The notes beneath the pieces were generated by a model, which was not told the DNA's origin, searched no databases, and saw nothing but the letters and a program-made list of their open reading frames with translations. The translations under genes and the position numbers were made by a program. Below are positions 1 through 6,875 of a DNA stretch of 15,973 nucleotides, piece by piece. The DNA lies in assembly GCA_965662175.1 (NCBI GenBank), contig CBFIGT010000050.1:1-15973 (forward strand), in the 5' to 3' direction. The DNA comes from Arcobacter sp. (GTDB lineage: Bacteria > Campylobacterota > Campylobacteria > Campylobacterales > Arcobacteraceae). How positions within the stretch are numbered: the stretch's first letter is position 1; the number at the start of each line of letters is the position of its first letter.

Positions 1-466
1 TATTTAGTATCCCTTTTTCTGTAAAGTTATCTATTTCGATAGCTTCTCTTGAGATTCCTTTTGTTTTTTCACCCCAGTTCTTTTTTGTACTTAGTTTATT
101 TCCATCTTGTATTCTTATGGAAAAATCATTACATGCGGTAAAATATCTTGGAGTAATATCAACAATTTTATCATCTTCATATACAAAATCACATAGTAAA
201 GCAACTTCCGCTTCAACTTGTAAATTGTCAGCTTCTCTATTATGAGTTTTTATAATTTCATCACAAATAGGGTAAGTTCCTAAAAAAGAGTCATGTCCTG
301 GAATATAAAAAGGAAACATTCCTTTTGGAGCATCTTTCTCTTTTGTTTCAATAACAGAAAACTCATCAGCTTCACCAGCTTCTCCTAAATGATTAGCAAA
401 GTTTCCTGCAACACCAAATCCTAAATAATCTTTTAATTCTTCTAAATTTAAATTAATTTTATTCAT
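1..466 (-). CDS. DUF5718-like protein, partial (3' end runs off the window); N-terminus resembles the fumarylacetoacetate-hydrolase (FAH) superfamily
   Basis: Not in the ORF track because it is truncated. Manual translation from ATG 466: MNKINLNLEELKDYLGFGVAGNFANHLGEAGEADEF...KGMFPFY...LQVEAEVALLCD...CNDFSIR...KKNWG, open to the window edge. AAGG Shine-Dalgarno upstream. Family recalled from the GVAGNFAxHL motif. Confidence 0.7.
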   Translation of the reverse strand, partial: MNKINLNLEELKDYLGFGVAGNFANHLGEAGEADEFSVIETKEKDAPKGMFPFYIPGHDSFLGTYPICDEIIKTHNREADNLQVEAEVALLCDFVYEDDKIVDITPRYFTACNDFSIRIQDGNKLSTKKNWGEKTKGISREAIEIDNFTEKGILN

Positions 467-528
467 CTTTTTACCTTGTTATATATCTTTTTATGTTTTG
501 ACAATAGGTTGTTTTGTTTTGATTATTT

Positions 529-616
529 ATTTAAGTGAGGATTTTGTGCGTAGTTTTGGTTGTTTAAAAATTCTTGTCTAAATTTAACAGCGCCTAAAAC
601 TATCCTCACTATAAAT
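529..616. repeat. 88-bp imperfect palindrome (REP/MITE-like element or structured RNA)
   Basis: Outer arms AGTGAGGAT (534-542) / ATCCTCACT (602-610), extended by ATTTA/TAAAT with one bulge. Nested arms AGTTTTGG (552-559) / CCTAAAACT (593-601) and TGTTTAAA (561-568) / TTTAACA (583-589). Confidence 0.6.
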
Positions 617-655
617 GACGTGGGCTAGTTTGACTAGTTTCTTCTTTTGCATCAT
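584..655 (-). CDS. Candidate small peptide (M)MQKKKLVKLAHVIYSEDSFRRC, 22-23 aa
   Basis: AAAAGG Shine-Dalgarno (665-660) followed by tandem ATG ATG (655, 652) and TAA at 586-584. No homology recognised. Confidence 0.25.
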   Translation of the reverse strand: MMQKKKLVKLAHVIYSEDSFRRC

Positions 656-670
656 CTTTCCTTTTAAAGT

Positions 671-705
671 TTTATAGACAAGAAGTTTAACCTCTTATCT
701 ATAAA
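671..705 (-). terminator. Stem-loop just downstream of the CoA-lyase operon, probable intrinsic terminator or 3'-stabilising hairpin
   Basis: Minus-strand RNA UUUAUAGAUAAGAGG-UUAAA-CUUCUUGUCUAUAAA forms a 15-bp stem. Its two non-Watson-Crick positions are G-U wobbles only on the minus strand. It lies about 20 nt after the stop at 725; the U-tract is short (ACUUU). Confidence 0.65.
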
Positions 706-724
706 TAAAACTTAATATTTTATA

Positions 725-1708
725 TTAAGCAAAAAATCTTTTTGTTACTTCATCTAATAGTTTAGCACCTGAAAAGTGTGCTCTTTGAACTAATTCCCAG
801 AAATATCTATATGTTGCTCTATCGTGTAACTCACCATCATATTGGATTGGTCCCCACTCAGCATCTTGTGCAGCTAATAAAATATTTTGTGCAGCTTCTA
901 ACTCTGTAAAATCAGGTTTCATAGCATCAACGATTGCTTGTACTTGTGTTGGGTAAATTGACCACATTCTCATGAACCCGAACTCATTTCTAGCTCTTTC
1001 AGCATCTTTATAAGTTTGGTATGGGTTTTTAAGGTCAAGTGTAACATTGTGACAAGGAATTACATGATTTTGGATTGCAGCTTGTGCAACTTTTGCTTTA
1101 GCAGCTCCAATTAATCTATGGTCAAATTGTCCTGGGCTTCTCATATTTGATGCTGGAATTGCACCTTGGTAACCAGATACGAAATCCATTAGACCGAAAT
1201 CTAAAACTTGTAACCATGGTAAAGTTGCAGTTTTCTCAACATCTTGTAATGCACCATGAGTTTCAATTAAGATATGAATTGGAATCTCTCTTGTAATTCC
1301 TGATTTTTTAGCAACTTCTTGAATATACTCAATTTGTGCTTTTGCATCTTCATATGAAGTTGATTTTGGCAATGTAATATATGCTAATTTTTCACCAGCA
1401 CCTGGTACTAAAATATCAACATCTTGTTTCCAATCTGGATGAGAGAAATCATGGATTCTAGTTCCTGCCATTGCATATGGGTTAGCATCTGAGTTAACTA
1501 CTCTAACAATCATTTCAGCATGTTCAACTTCTTTACCAGTTTCTGCTCCATCTTCACAGTCACAAGTAATATCAAAAACAGGTCCTAATTTCTTTTGCAT
1601 TTCGAAACCTTTTAGGATAAGCTTTTCGCTTCCTGCAAAGTGTTCACAAGTTGGGATGATTGGTAAAGATTTACCAGATTCAAATAGTGCTTCGTTTGGA
1701 TGTGTCAT
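725..1708 (-). CDS. CitE/HpcH-HpaI superfamily acyl-CoA lyase/thioesterase (327 aa)
   Basis: Motifs DCEDGA, RIH, ITLPK, LIET (Mg Glu), FGLMDF (Mg Asp), WSIYPTQ and GELHD (C-terminal Asp). The N-terminus HPNEALF...EHFAGSEKLI resembles the stand-alone CitE-like subfamily I recall from Betaproteobacteria. SD AAAAGGA. Confidence 0.85.
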   Translation of the reverse strand: MTHPNEALFESGKSLPIIPTCEHFAGSEKLILKGFEMQKKLGPVFDITCDCEDGAETGKEVEHAEMIVRVVNSDANPYAMAGTRIHDFSHPDWKQDVDILVPGAGEKLAYITLPKSTSYEDAKAQIEYIQEVAKKSGITREIPIHILIETHGALQDVEKTATLPWLQVLDFGLMDFVSGYQGAIPASNMRSPGQFDHRLIGAAKAKVAQAAIQNHVIPCHNVTLDLKNPYQTYKDAERARNEFGFMRMWSIYPTQVQAIVDAMKPDFTELEAAQNILLAAQDAEWGPIQYDGELHDRATYRYFWELVQRAHFSGAKLLDEVTKRFFA

Positions 1709-1734
1709 ATTTTTTTCCTTTTGTTAAATTTAAT

Positions 1735-2793
1735 CTATTTTTTTGTTTTTTTCTTTGGGATTACAACAGTGTAATCTAAATCAAGTACTACATTTTTTAA
1801 GTACTTACCATCTTCACCTTTTGGATTCTCAATCTCGCTTGATTTCTGATTTTTAACAGCTATCGTTCTTAATCTTAATAATCCAATATCTTCTCTTTTA
1901 TGGTCAATAGTATCAATCACTTCAGTATATGCATAGATTGTATCACCTGCATAAGTTGGGTTCGCATGAGCCCCAGAATTAATCGCATACATCCATTGAG
2001 CATTTTGCAATCCATTAAATGAAATAGCTCTTGCCATAGATATTACAATTCCACCATACATAAGTCTTTCACCCATAGGTGAAGATTTCATCATATGGTC
2101 ATTGAAGTGTACTTTTGCATTATTTTGATATAACTTAGTTGCTAATGTATGGTCACTGTTATCAACTGTAATACCCTCAGGGTGATTTAATCTCTCACCT
2201 TTTTCATAATCTTCAAAAAAGTATTTTCCACCTGTAGCATCAGTATCAACACACTTAATCTCTGGTAAATTAATCTCATCTAAAATAGGAGTAGTTGCTG
2301 CAAAAGTAGGAACTTCATTAATTCCAGATTTTGTTTCCTTATCTTTTTTATGAACCATTACCCATCTTTTGAAGTTTAATACCTCATCACCATTTTGCTT
2401 ATACCCAATAGAGTGTACATAAACAACTCCACTTTTACCATTTGAGTTCTCTTTTAATCCAATAACAGTAGATGTCATAGATACAGTATCTCCAACATAT
2501 ACAGGGTTAGGAAAAGCAATTTCTGCATAACCTAAGTTTGCAATTGCATTTAAAGAGATATCTTGTACAGATTTCCCAAATGTTAAGTGAAACATTAATG
2601 TATCATCAATTGGTCTTTTTTCATATCCCATCTCGTTTGCAACTATATCCGATGAATGTAATGCAAATCTAGAACCTGTGAAAGCGATGTATAAAGATAC
2701 ATCACCCTCACTAATTGTTCTAGGTAGTGGATGAATTATTTTTTGACCTATTGAGAAATCTTCAAAAAAGTTACCCATATTAATTTTAGACAT
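1735..2793 (-). CDS. mch: Mesaconyl-C1-CoA hydratase / beta-methylmalyl-CoA dehydratase homologue (double hot-dog MaoC family)
   Basis: GNFFEDF, PRT, GDVSLY, SRFALHSS, FHLTFGKSVQDISLNAIANLGYAE, STVIGLKENSNGKSGVVYV and RWVMV closely match Rhodobacter/Chloroflexus Mch as I recall them. A second FFEDY repeat is present. Start moved from GTG 2799 to ATG 2793 because AAGGAG (2806-2801) lies 7 nt upstream. Confidence 0.85.
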   Translation of the reverse strand: MSKINMGNFFEDFSIGQKIIHPLPRTISEGDVSLYIAFTGSRFALHSSDIVANEMGYEKRPIDDTLMFHLTFGKSVQDISLNAIANLGYAEIAFPNPVYVGDTVSMTSTVIGLKENSNGKSGVVYVHSIGYKQNGDEVLNFKRWVMVHKKDKETKSGINEVPTFAATTPILDEINLPEIKCVDTDATGGKYFFEDYEKGERLNHPEGITVDNSDHTLATKLYQNNAKVHFNDHMMKSSPMGERLMYGGIVISMARAISFNGLQNAQWMYAINSGAHANPTYAGDTIYAYTEVIDTIDHKREDIGLLRLRTIAVKNQKSSEIENPKGEDGKYLKNVVLDLDYTVVIPKKKTKK

Positions 2794-2804
2794 TATCACT
2801 CTCC

Positions 2805-5324
2805 TTATTTACCAAATAGGTTTTGACCTAAAGATTTATATGTTTCATATAGAGTAATCATTTTCTTAGCCCATTTAATTTTACACTTATCAATAAGTTT
2901 ATCATTAAATAAGATTACCTCTTTACCCTCTTTCTCAGCTGCTTCATATTTAGCAATCATCTCTTCATACTCTTGAACTTCTTTTCGTTTTGGAGTAAAA
3001 ATATCATTGATATACTCAACTTGAACTGGATGAATAAGTGCTTTACCATCAAATCCTAAATCAAATGCATCTTTTGTTGAAGCTTCACAAGCAAACTCAT
3101 CATGAACATCATAATGTGGTCCATCAATTACTGTTTTACCATAAGCTTTTGCTGATAATGCAATTCTAGCTAGGTAATTAAACATAGCTTTTGAACCTCT
3201 TTTAATATCAATTTGAAGTCTATTTGCTAAGTTATTAGAACCAACAACAATAACCTCTGTTTTTGTACTAGCAGCACAAATATCAGGAGAGTTTAATATT
3301 GCTAATGGAGTTTCAATCATAACCATCATTGTTAAATTAGGGTCAAGCTCATTTATAGCTTTTTCAGCCTCTAAAACTTGCTCAACAGTCTCAATTTGAG
3401 AGAATAAAATTCCATCAATATCAATCTCTTTAGCTAATTCCATATCTAATCTAAATGATTCTGTTCCAACATTATTTACTCTTAAAATTCTTTCAGATTC
3501 ACCAAACTTAGCACCATCTTCTTTGTAAACTTCTCTGATTACTTCTCTTGCTGTTTTCTTTTGTTCATCTAAAATAGCTTCTAAATCAAATACTACAGTA
3601 TCAGCTAAAACTGTTTTTGCTTTTTGTACATATCTTTTATTATTTGATGGAACAAATAACATTGATCTTCTAGCTTTGTACTCAATAATCTCTTCACCTG
3701 TCTCTTTTGCATGATATTGTTCATGTAATTGTTTAACAAGTTGTTTTCTTAATACTTTTCCATTTTTTGTTCTTGGATAATCTTTCATTCCAAAAATCTC
3801 TTTTGGAGCTTTATATTTTGCTAAGTTTGCTTGTGCAAAAGCTAATACTTCAGCCTCTTTTTCAGCTGTTAACTCTTCATGTCCAATTACAGCAATACCA
3901 ACAATAGTTTTATCTTTTCCAATATCTAAACCAAAAGCAACACAATCAGCAACTGCATCGTGAGTTTTTACAACTCTTTCGATTTCATGTGGAGATACTC
4001 TAAATCCAAAAGTATTGATAATATCATCTTTTCTACCTATGAACCAAATATATCCATCTTTATCTCTTTTTGCATAATCACCTGTAAAGAAGTAACCATC
4101 ATGTCTAGCTTTTGCTGTTTCTTCTTCTAATTGCCAATACTCTAAGAATAATCCTGGATCATCAACTCCAATACAAATCATTCCCTCTTCTTCTAAACCA
4201 ACCTCTTCTAATGTTTCAGGGTCTAAAAGTTTTACAATATGTCCTGGTTGAACAAACCCAGCTGATCCTGGTCTAATTGGATTATTTTTAGAGTGAGAAA
4301 TATAGTATGAACACTCAGACATTCCGATTGCTTCGAAAATATCTTGATTGAATTTTTCTCTCCATAATCCTAACATTTCATCAGATAAATGCTCACCAGC
4401 ACTCATACAATATCTTAATGATGGACAATCTTCAATTGTAAAATCAGTTTTTTGAATAATTTGTCTATAAATTGTTGGAACCCCAATAAATATTGTACAT
4501 TGGTGTTTTTTAATTAAATTAATCCAAGTTGATGCATCATTTGCACCCTCATAAGCAATTACTGTATGACCATTAAATAATGGGTCCATAAGTGCAGAAC
4601 CTAATACATATGTCCAGTTAAATTTTCCAGAGTGCATGATTCTATCATTCTCTTTAAAATCAAACCAATATTCAGTTGCAGGAGTTCTTCCAACAAGTGA
4701 TCTATGTGAATGTAGTACACCTTTTGGGTAACCAGTTGTTCCTGATGTATATACTAAATAAGCAGGTTCACCTGATTTTGATTTATAGTGATTAGGAGTT
4801 GCGTCACCATTTTTTAATATATCATTTAAACAGTATACATTTATACCTTTTGGTTTTGCTAAATCATCAACACTATCTGTTCCTGCAACAATAATTGTTT
4901 TTAAGTTATCAACATTTTCTAAATAAGGAACTAAGTTTGTATACATAGTAGCACTTAAAACAATAGCACTAGCTTGTGAATCTTCAGCTAAATATTTAAC
5001 CTCTGAACCACTTAAAAGTGTAGAAGTTGGTACTGCTATAATTCCAGCTTTTATTGCACCAAAGAAAGAGATTGGATAAGCTAAAGAGTTTTTTAAACAT
5101 ACTAAAACTCTATCTCTTGGACCAATTCCAATACTTGTAAGGAAGTTAGCAACTTGGTCTGATCTTGTTGCTAAATCTTTATAAGTTATCTCATCCGTTC
5201 CTAATTTATCATCTTCGATAATCATAGCTGTACTGTTCTCTTTAGGTGTTCCTACGTGAGCAGATGTACAAGCTACACCGATATTTAAAAATTCAGGTAC
5301 TTCAATTTTAATTGTTGAACTCAT
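2805..5324 (-). CDS. Fusion protein: AMP-forming acyl-CoA ligase (aa ~1-535) plus C-terminal CitE/malyl-CoA lyase-thioesterase-like domain (aa ~549-839)
   Basis: Adenylation motifs YTSGTTGYPKG, AIGMSE, FFTGD, GRKDD and PRTKNGK, then RSMLFVP, FDLE, RVN, MIETP and LGFDGKALIHP. Single uninterrupted frame. Confidence 0.9.
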   Translation of the reverse strand: MSSTIKIEVPEFLNIGVACTSAHVGTPKENSTAMIIEDDKLGTDEITYKDLATRSDQVANFLTSIGIGPRDRVLVCLKNSLAYPISFFGAIKAGIIAVPTSTLLSGSEVKYLAEDSQASAIVLSATMYTNLVPYLENVDNLKTIIVAGTDSVDDLAKPKGINVYCLNDILKNGDATPNHYKSKSGEPAYLVYTSGTTGYPKGVLHSHRSLVGRTPATEYWFDFKENDRIMHSGKFNWTYVLGSALMDPLFNGHTVIAYEGANDASTWINLIKKHQCTIFIGVPTIYRQIIQKTDFTIEDCPSLRYCMSAGEHLSDEMLGLWREKFNQDIFEAIGMSECSYYISHSKNNPIRPGSAGFVQPGHIVKLLDPETLEEVGLEEEGMICIGVDDPGLFLEYWQLEEETAKARHDGYFFTGDYAKRDKDGYIWFIGRKDDIINTFGFRVSPHEIERVVKTHDAVADCVAFGLDIGKDKTIVGIAVIGHEELTAEKEAEVLAFAQANLAKYKAPKEIFGMKDYPRTKNGKVLRKQLVKQLHEQYHAKETGEEIIEYKARRSMLFVPSNNKRYVQKAKTVLADTVVFDLEAILDEQKKTAREVIREVYKEDGAKFGESERILRVNNVGTESFRLDMELAKEIDIDGILFSQIETVEQVLEAEKAINELDPNLTMMVMIETPLAILNSPDICAASTKTEVIVVGSNNLANRLQIDIKRGSKAMFNYLARIALSAKAYGKTVIDGPHYDVHDEFACEASTKDAFDLGFDGKALIHPVQVEYINDIFTPKRKEVQEYEEMIAKYEAAEKEGKEVILFNDKLIDKCKIKWAKKMITLYETYKSLGQNLFGK

Positions 5325-5337
5325 ATTATATTCCTTA

Positions 5338-6471
5338 CTATATTTGACCGTATGGCCAGTTTTCTTTAAATGTATGTAACGGCATTTTATTTAGCACAGT
5401 TAACGCAAACGCTTGGTCCTCTTTATTTAAACTTCTTAAAGCATAACCTCTTAAAAGATTTTGTAATGATTTACCAAACATTGGTGGATCTAACATTTCA
5501 CCTTTATATCTAATAGCACCACTTAATAAAGCATCAGCTTCAATTGCAGCTTTTAAGATTTCAATATCTTTTGCTATTTCATTTGGACTTGGAGTAAATG
5601 CAACTTTACAAACATTAATATGATTTGGTGTAATAACTTGTTTACCTGTTAATCCCATAGCTGTTTCTCTTTTTGCATGCTCATAAACATGTCTTGAAGC
5701 ATCATCACCATGTAAATCTAACCATCTTCTAATCTCTTTTTTCTCAACACATGAATCAGGTAATGAATTTGGAGTAAGTAAAACCTCAACACCACCAATT
5801 ACACCCTTACCTTTAACTCTAGCTTCCATAGTTAGAATATTAAAGAAAGTTTGTAATTCATCTATCCAACCCTCAGGTGTGATTTTGTAAGCCATTGCTT
5901 TAGAGAAGTCATGGATACCAAATACAACATGTTGAACAGTTGAGTGACTCATTAACTGATCAGCAATTTTAAGCGACTTTGGATGCTCAATAATTGGTTG
6001 AATTTGTAAATTTGAACCAATAGAAACTAACCAAGAAGATAAATCTCTAATCTCAGCATCTCCATAAACTTCACCAGCTTTTGCTAAAACGATTGCATCA
6101 ATATATTTGTGCACTTGCTTTAACATTTTTAAATCCTCTTCATACTCATCAGTTCTGAATGGATTAATTCTAATAGCTATTTGAAAATCTCTTTCAGGAA
6201 ATTTTGGTAACTCTTGGATTAATAACTCTCTAGACATTGCTTTTTGTCTACAACCATCTTCTAAGTCAAATAAAACTGTGTGTGCTTTTGTTTTATAAGC
6301 ATGTTTTTGTAATCTTAACTTAGCTTGTTCCATAGTTTCATAACTTCCATCAAGTGGATTAAACTTGATTGGAGGATAATAAATCTGAATTCCAGGCCAA
6401 TGCCCACCTAATACTGGTTTTAAATCATCATTTGCTGTTAATTTTGATAAGTCGATAATTGACGATGTCAT
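5338..6471 (-). CDS. Divergent CitE/malyl-CoA lyase superfamily protein (377 aa), first gene of the operon
   Basis: FDLEDG, IRIN, IIEHP (Mg Glu), FGIHDF (Mg Asp), GLTGKQVITP, FTPSP and GEMLDPP (catalytic Asp position). SD AAAAGG. Confidence 0.85.
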   Translation of the reverse strand: MTSSIIDLSKLTANDDLKPVLGGHWPGIQIYYPPIKFNPLDGSYETMEQAKLRLQKHAYKTKAHTVLFDLEDGCRQKAMSRELLIQELPKFPERDFQIAIRINPFRTDEYEEDLKMLKQVHKYIDAIVLAKAGEVYGDAEIRDLSSWLVSIGSNLQIQPIIEHPKSLKIADQLMSHSTVQHVVFGIHDFSKAMAYKITPEGWIDELQTFFNILTMEARVKGKGVIGGVEVLLTPNSLPDSCVEKKEIRRWLDLHGDDASRHVYEHAKRETAMGLTGKQVITPNHINVCKVAFTPSPNEIAKDIEILKAAIEADALLSGAIRYKGEMLDPPMFGKSLQNLLRGYALRSLNKEDQAFALTVLNKMPLHTFKENWPYGQI

Positions 6472-6584
6472 ATTATTTACCTTTTGTTTTTTTTATATTG
6501 TTTCTTACATAACTGTAAAACATTTTGATTAAAAATATAATCAAATCCGTCTTGCTGAGTGAAATTTATCCATACTTAAAATTA

Positions 6585-6593
6585 ATTATAACA
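6585..6593 (-). promoter_or_regulatory. Extended -10 sigma70 promoter of the CoA-lyase operon
   Basis: Minus strand reads TGTTATAAT, a perfect TGnTATAAT, with AT-rich upstream sequence. Implies a ~105-nt 5' leader. Confidence 0.55.
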
Positions 6594-6685
6594 TAAATTT
6601 AATAATTAGTTTTTAAATTTATAAATTTTTTATAATTTCTATAAAGCCCTATTTATGGGACAATATCAACTAAGCTATTTTTTAG

Positions 6686-6700
6686 TTTCACATTGTGAGA
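6686..6700. promoter_or_regulatory. Candidate IclR-family operator
   Basis: 15-bp near-palindrome TTTCACA-T-TGTGAGA between the divergent promoters. A weaker 10/15 copy, TCTTGCTGAGTGAAA, lies at 6550-6564. Confidence 0.45.
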
Positions 6701-6840
6701 AAAAAATATTCAAAATTCTTAGTATCCAAAATAATTTCTTTTAAATTTAATGAAATATTAGAAATATTTATACAAATAGGAACAGATTAAGAATTAATTT
6801 AGTTATTGCCTTTAAATTTTCAAACTATTTAAAATTAAAA

Positions 6841-6849
6841 TGGTAAAAT
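6841..6849 (+). promoter_or_regulatory. Extended -10 promoter of the IclR-family gene
   Basis: TGGTAAAAT, 26 nt upstream of GTG 6876. Confidence 0.5.
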
Positions 6850-6875
6850 TAAAAAAATTAAAAAGAAGATATAGC

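Noticed and set aside
1735..2793. Evidence for autotrophic 3-hydroxypropionate bicycle or a full ethylmalonyl-CoA pathway
   Set aside because: Key genes (mcr, pcs, mct, meh, ccr, ecm) are not in this window; mch alone is not diagnostic.
725..6471. Classical citrate lyase (citCDEF) operon
   Set aside because: No citD acyl carrier, citF, citC, citG or citX in the window; the CitE-like proteins are stand-alone types.
1735..6471. Known itaconate degradation cluster (Ict-Ich-Ccl / RipABC)
   Set aside because: No CoA-transferase here, and the hydratase matches the Mch pattern rather than Ich/Meh. A role in itaconate use cannot be fully excluded.
6525..6544. FNR box (TTGAT...ATCAA)
   Set aside because: The spacer is 10 nt, not 4.
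6644..6660. GC-rich AAGCCCTATTTATGGGA patch as hairpin or recombination site
   Set aside because: Only a 3-bp stem, with no second copy or recombinase nearby.
6840..6875. ATG 6840 as the IclR start (ORF track)
   Set aside because: No SD, it overlaps the extended -10, and the extension is low-complexity; GTG 6876 gives a typical IclR N-terminus.
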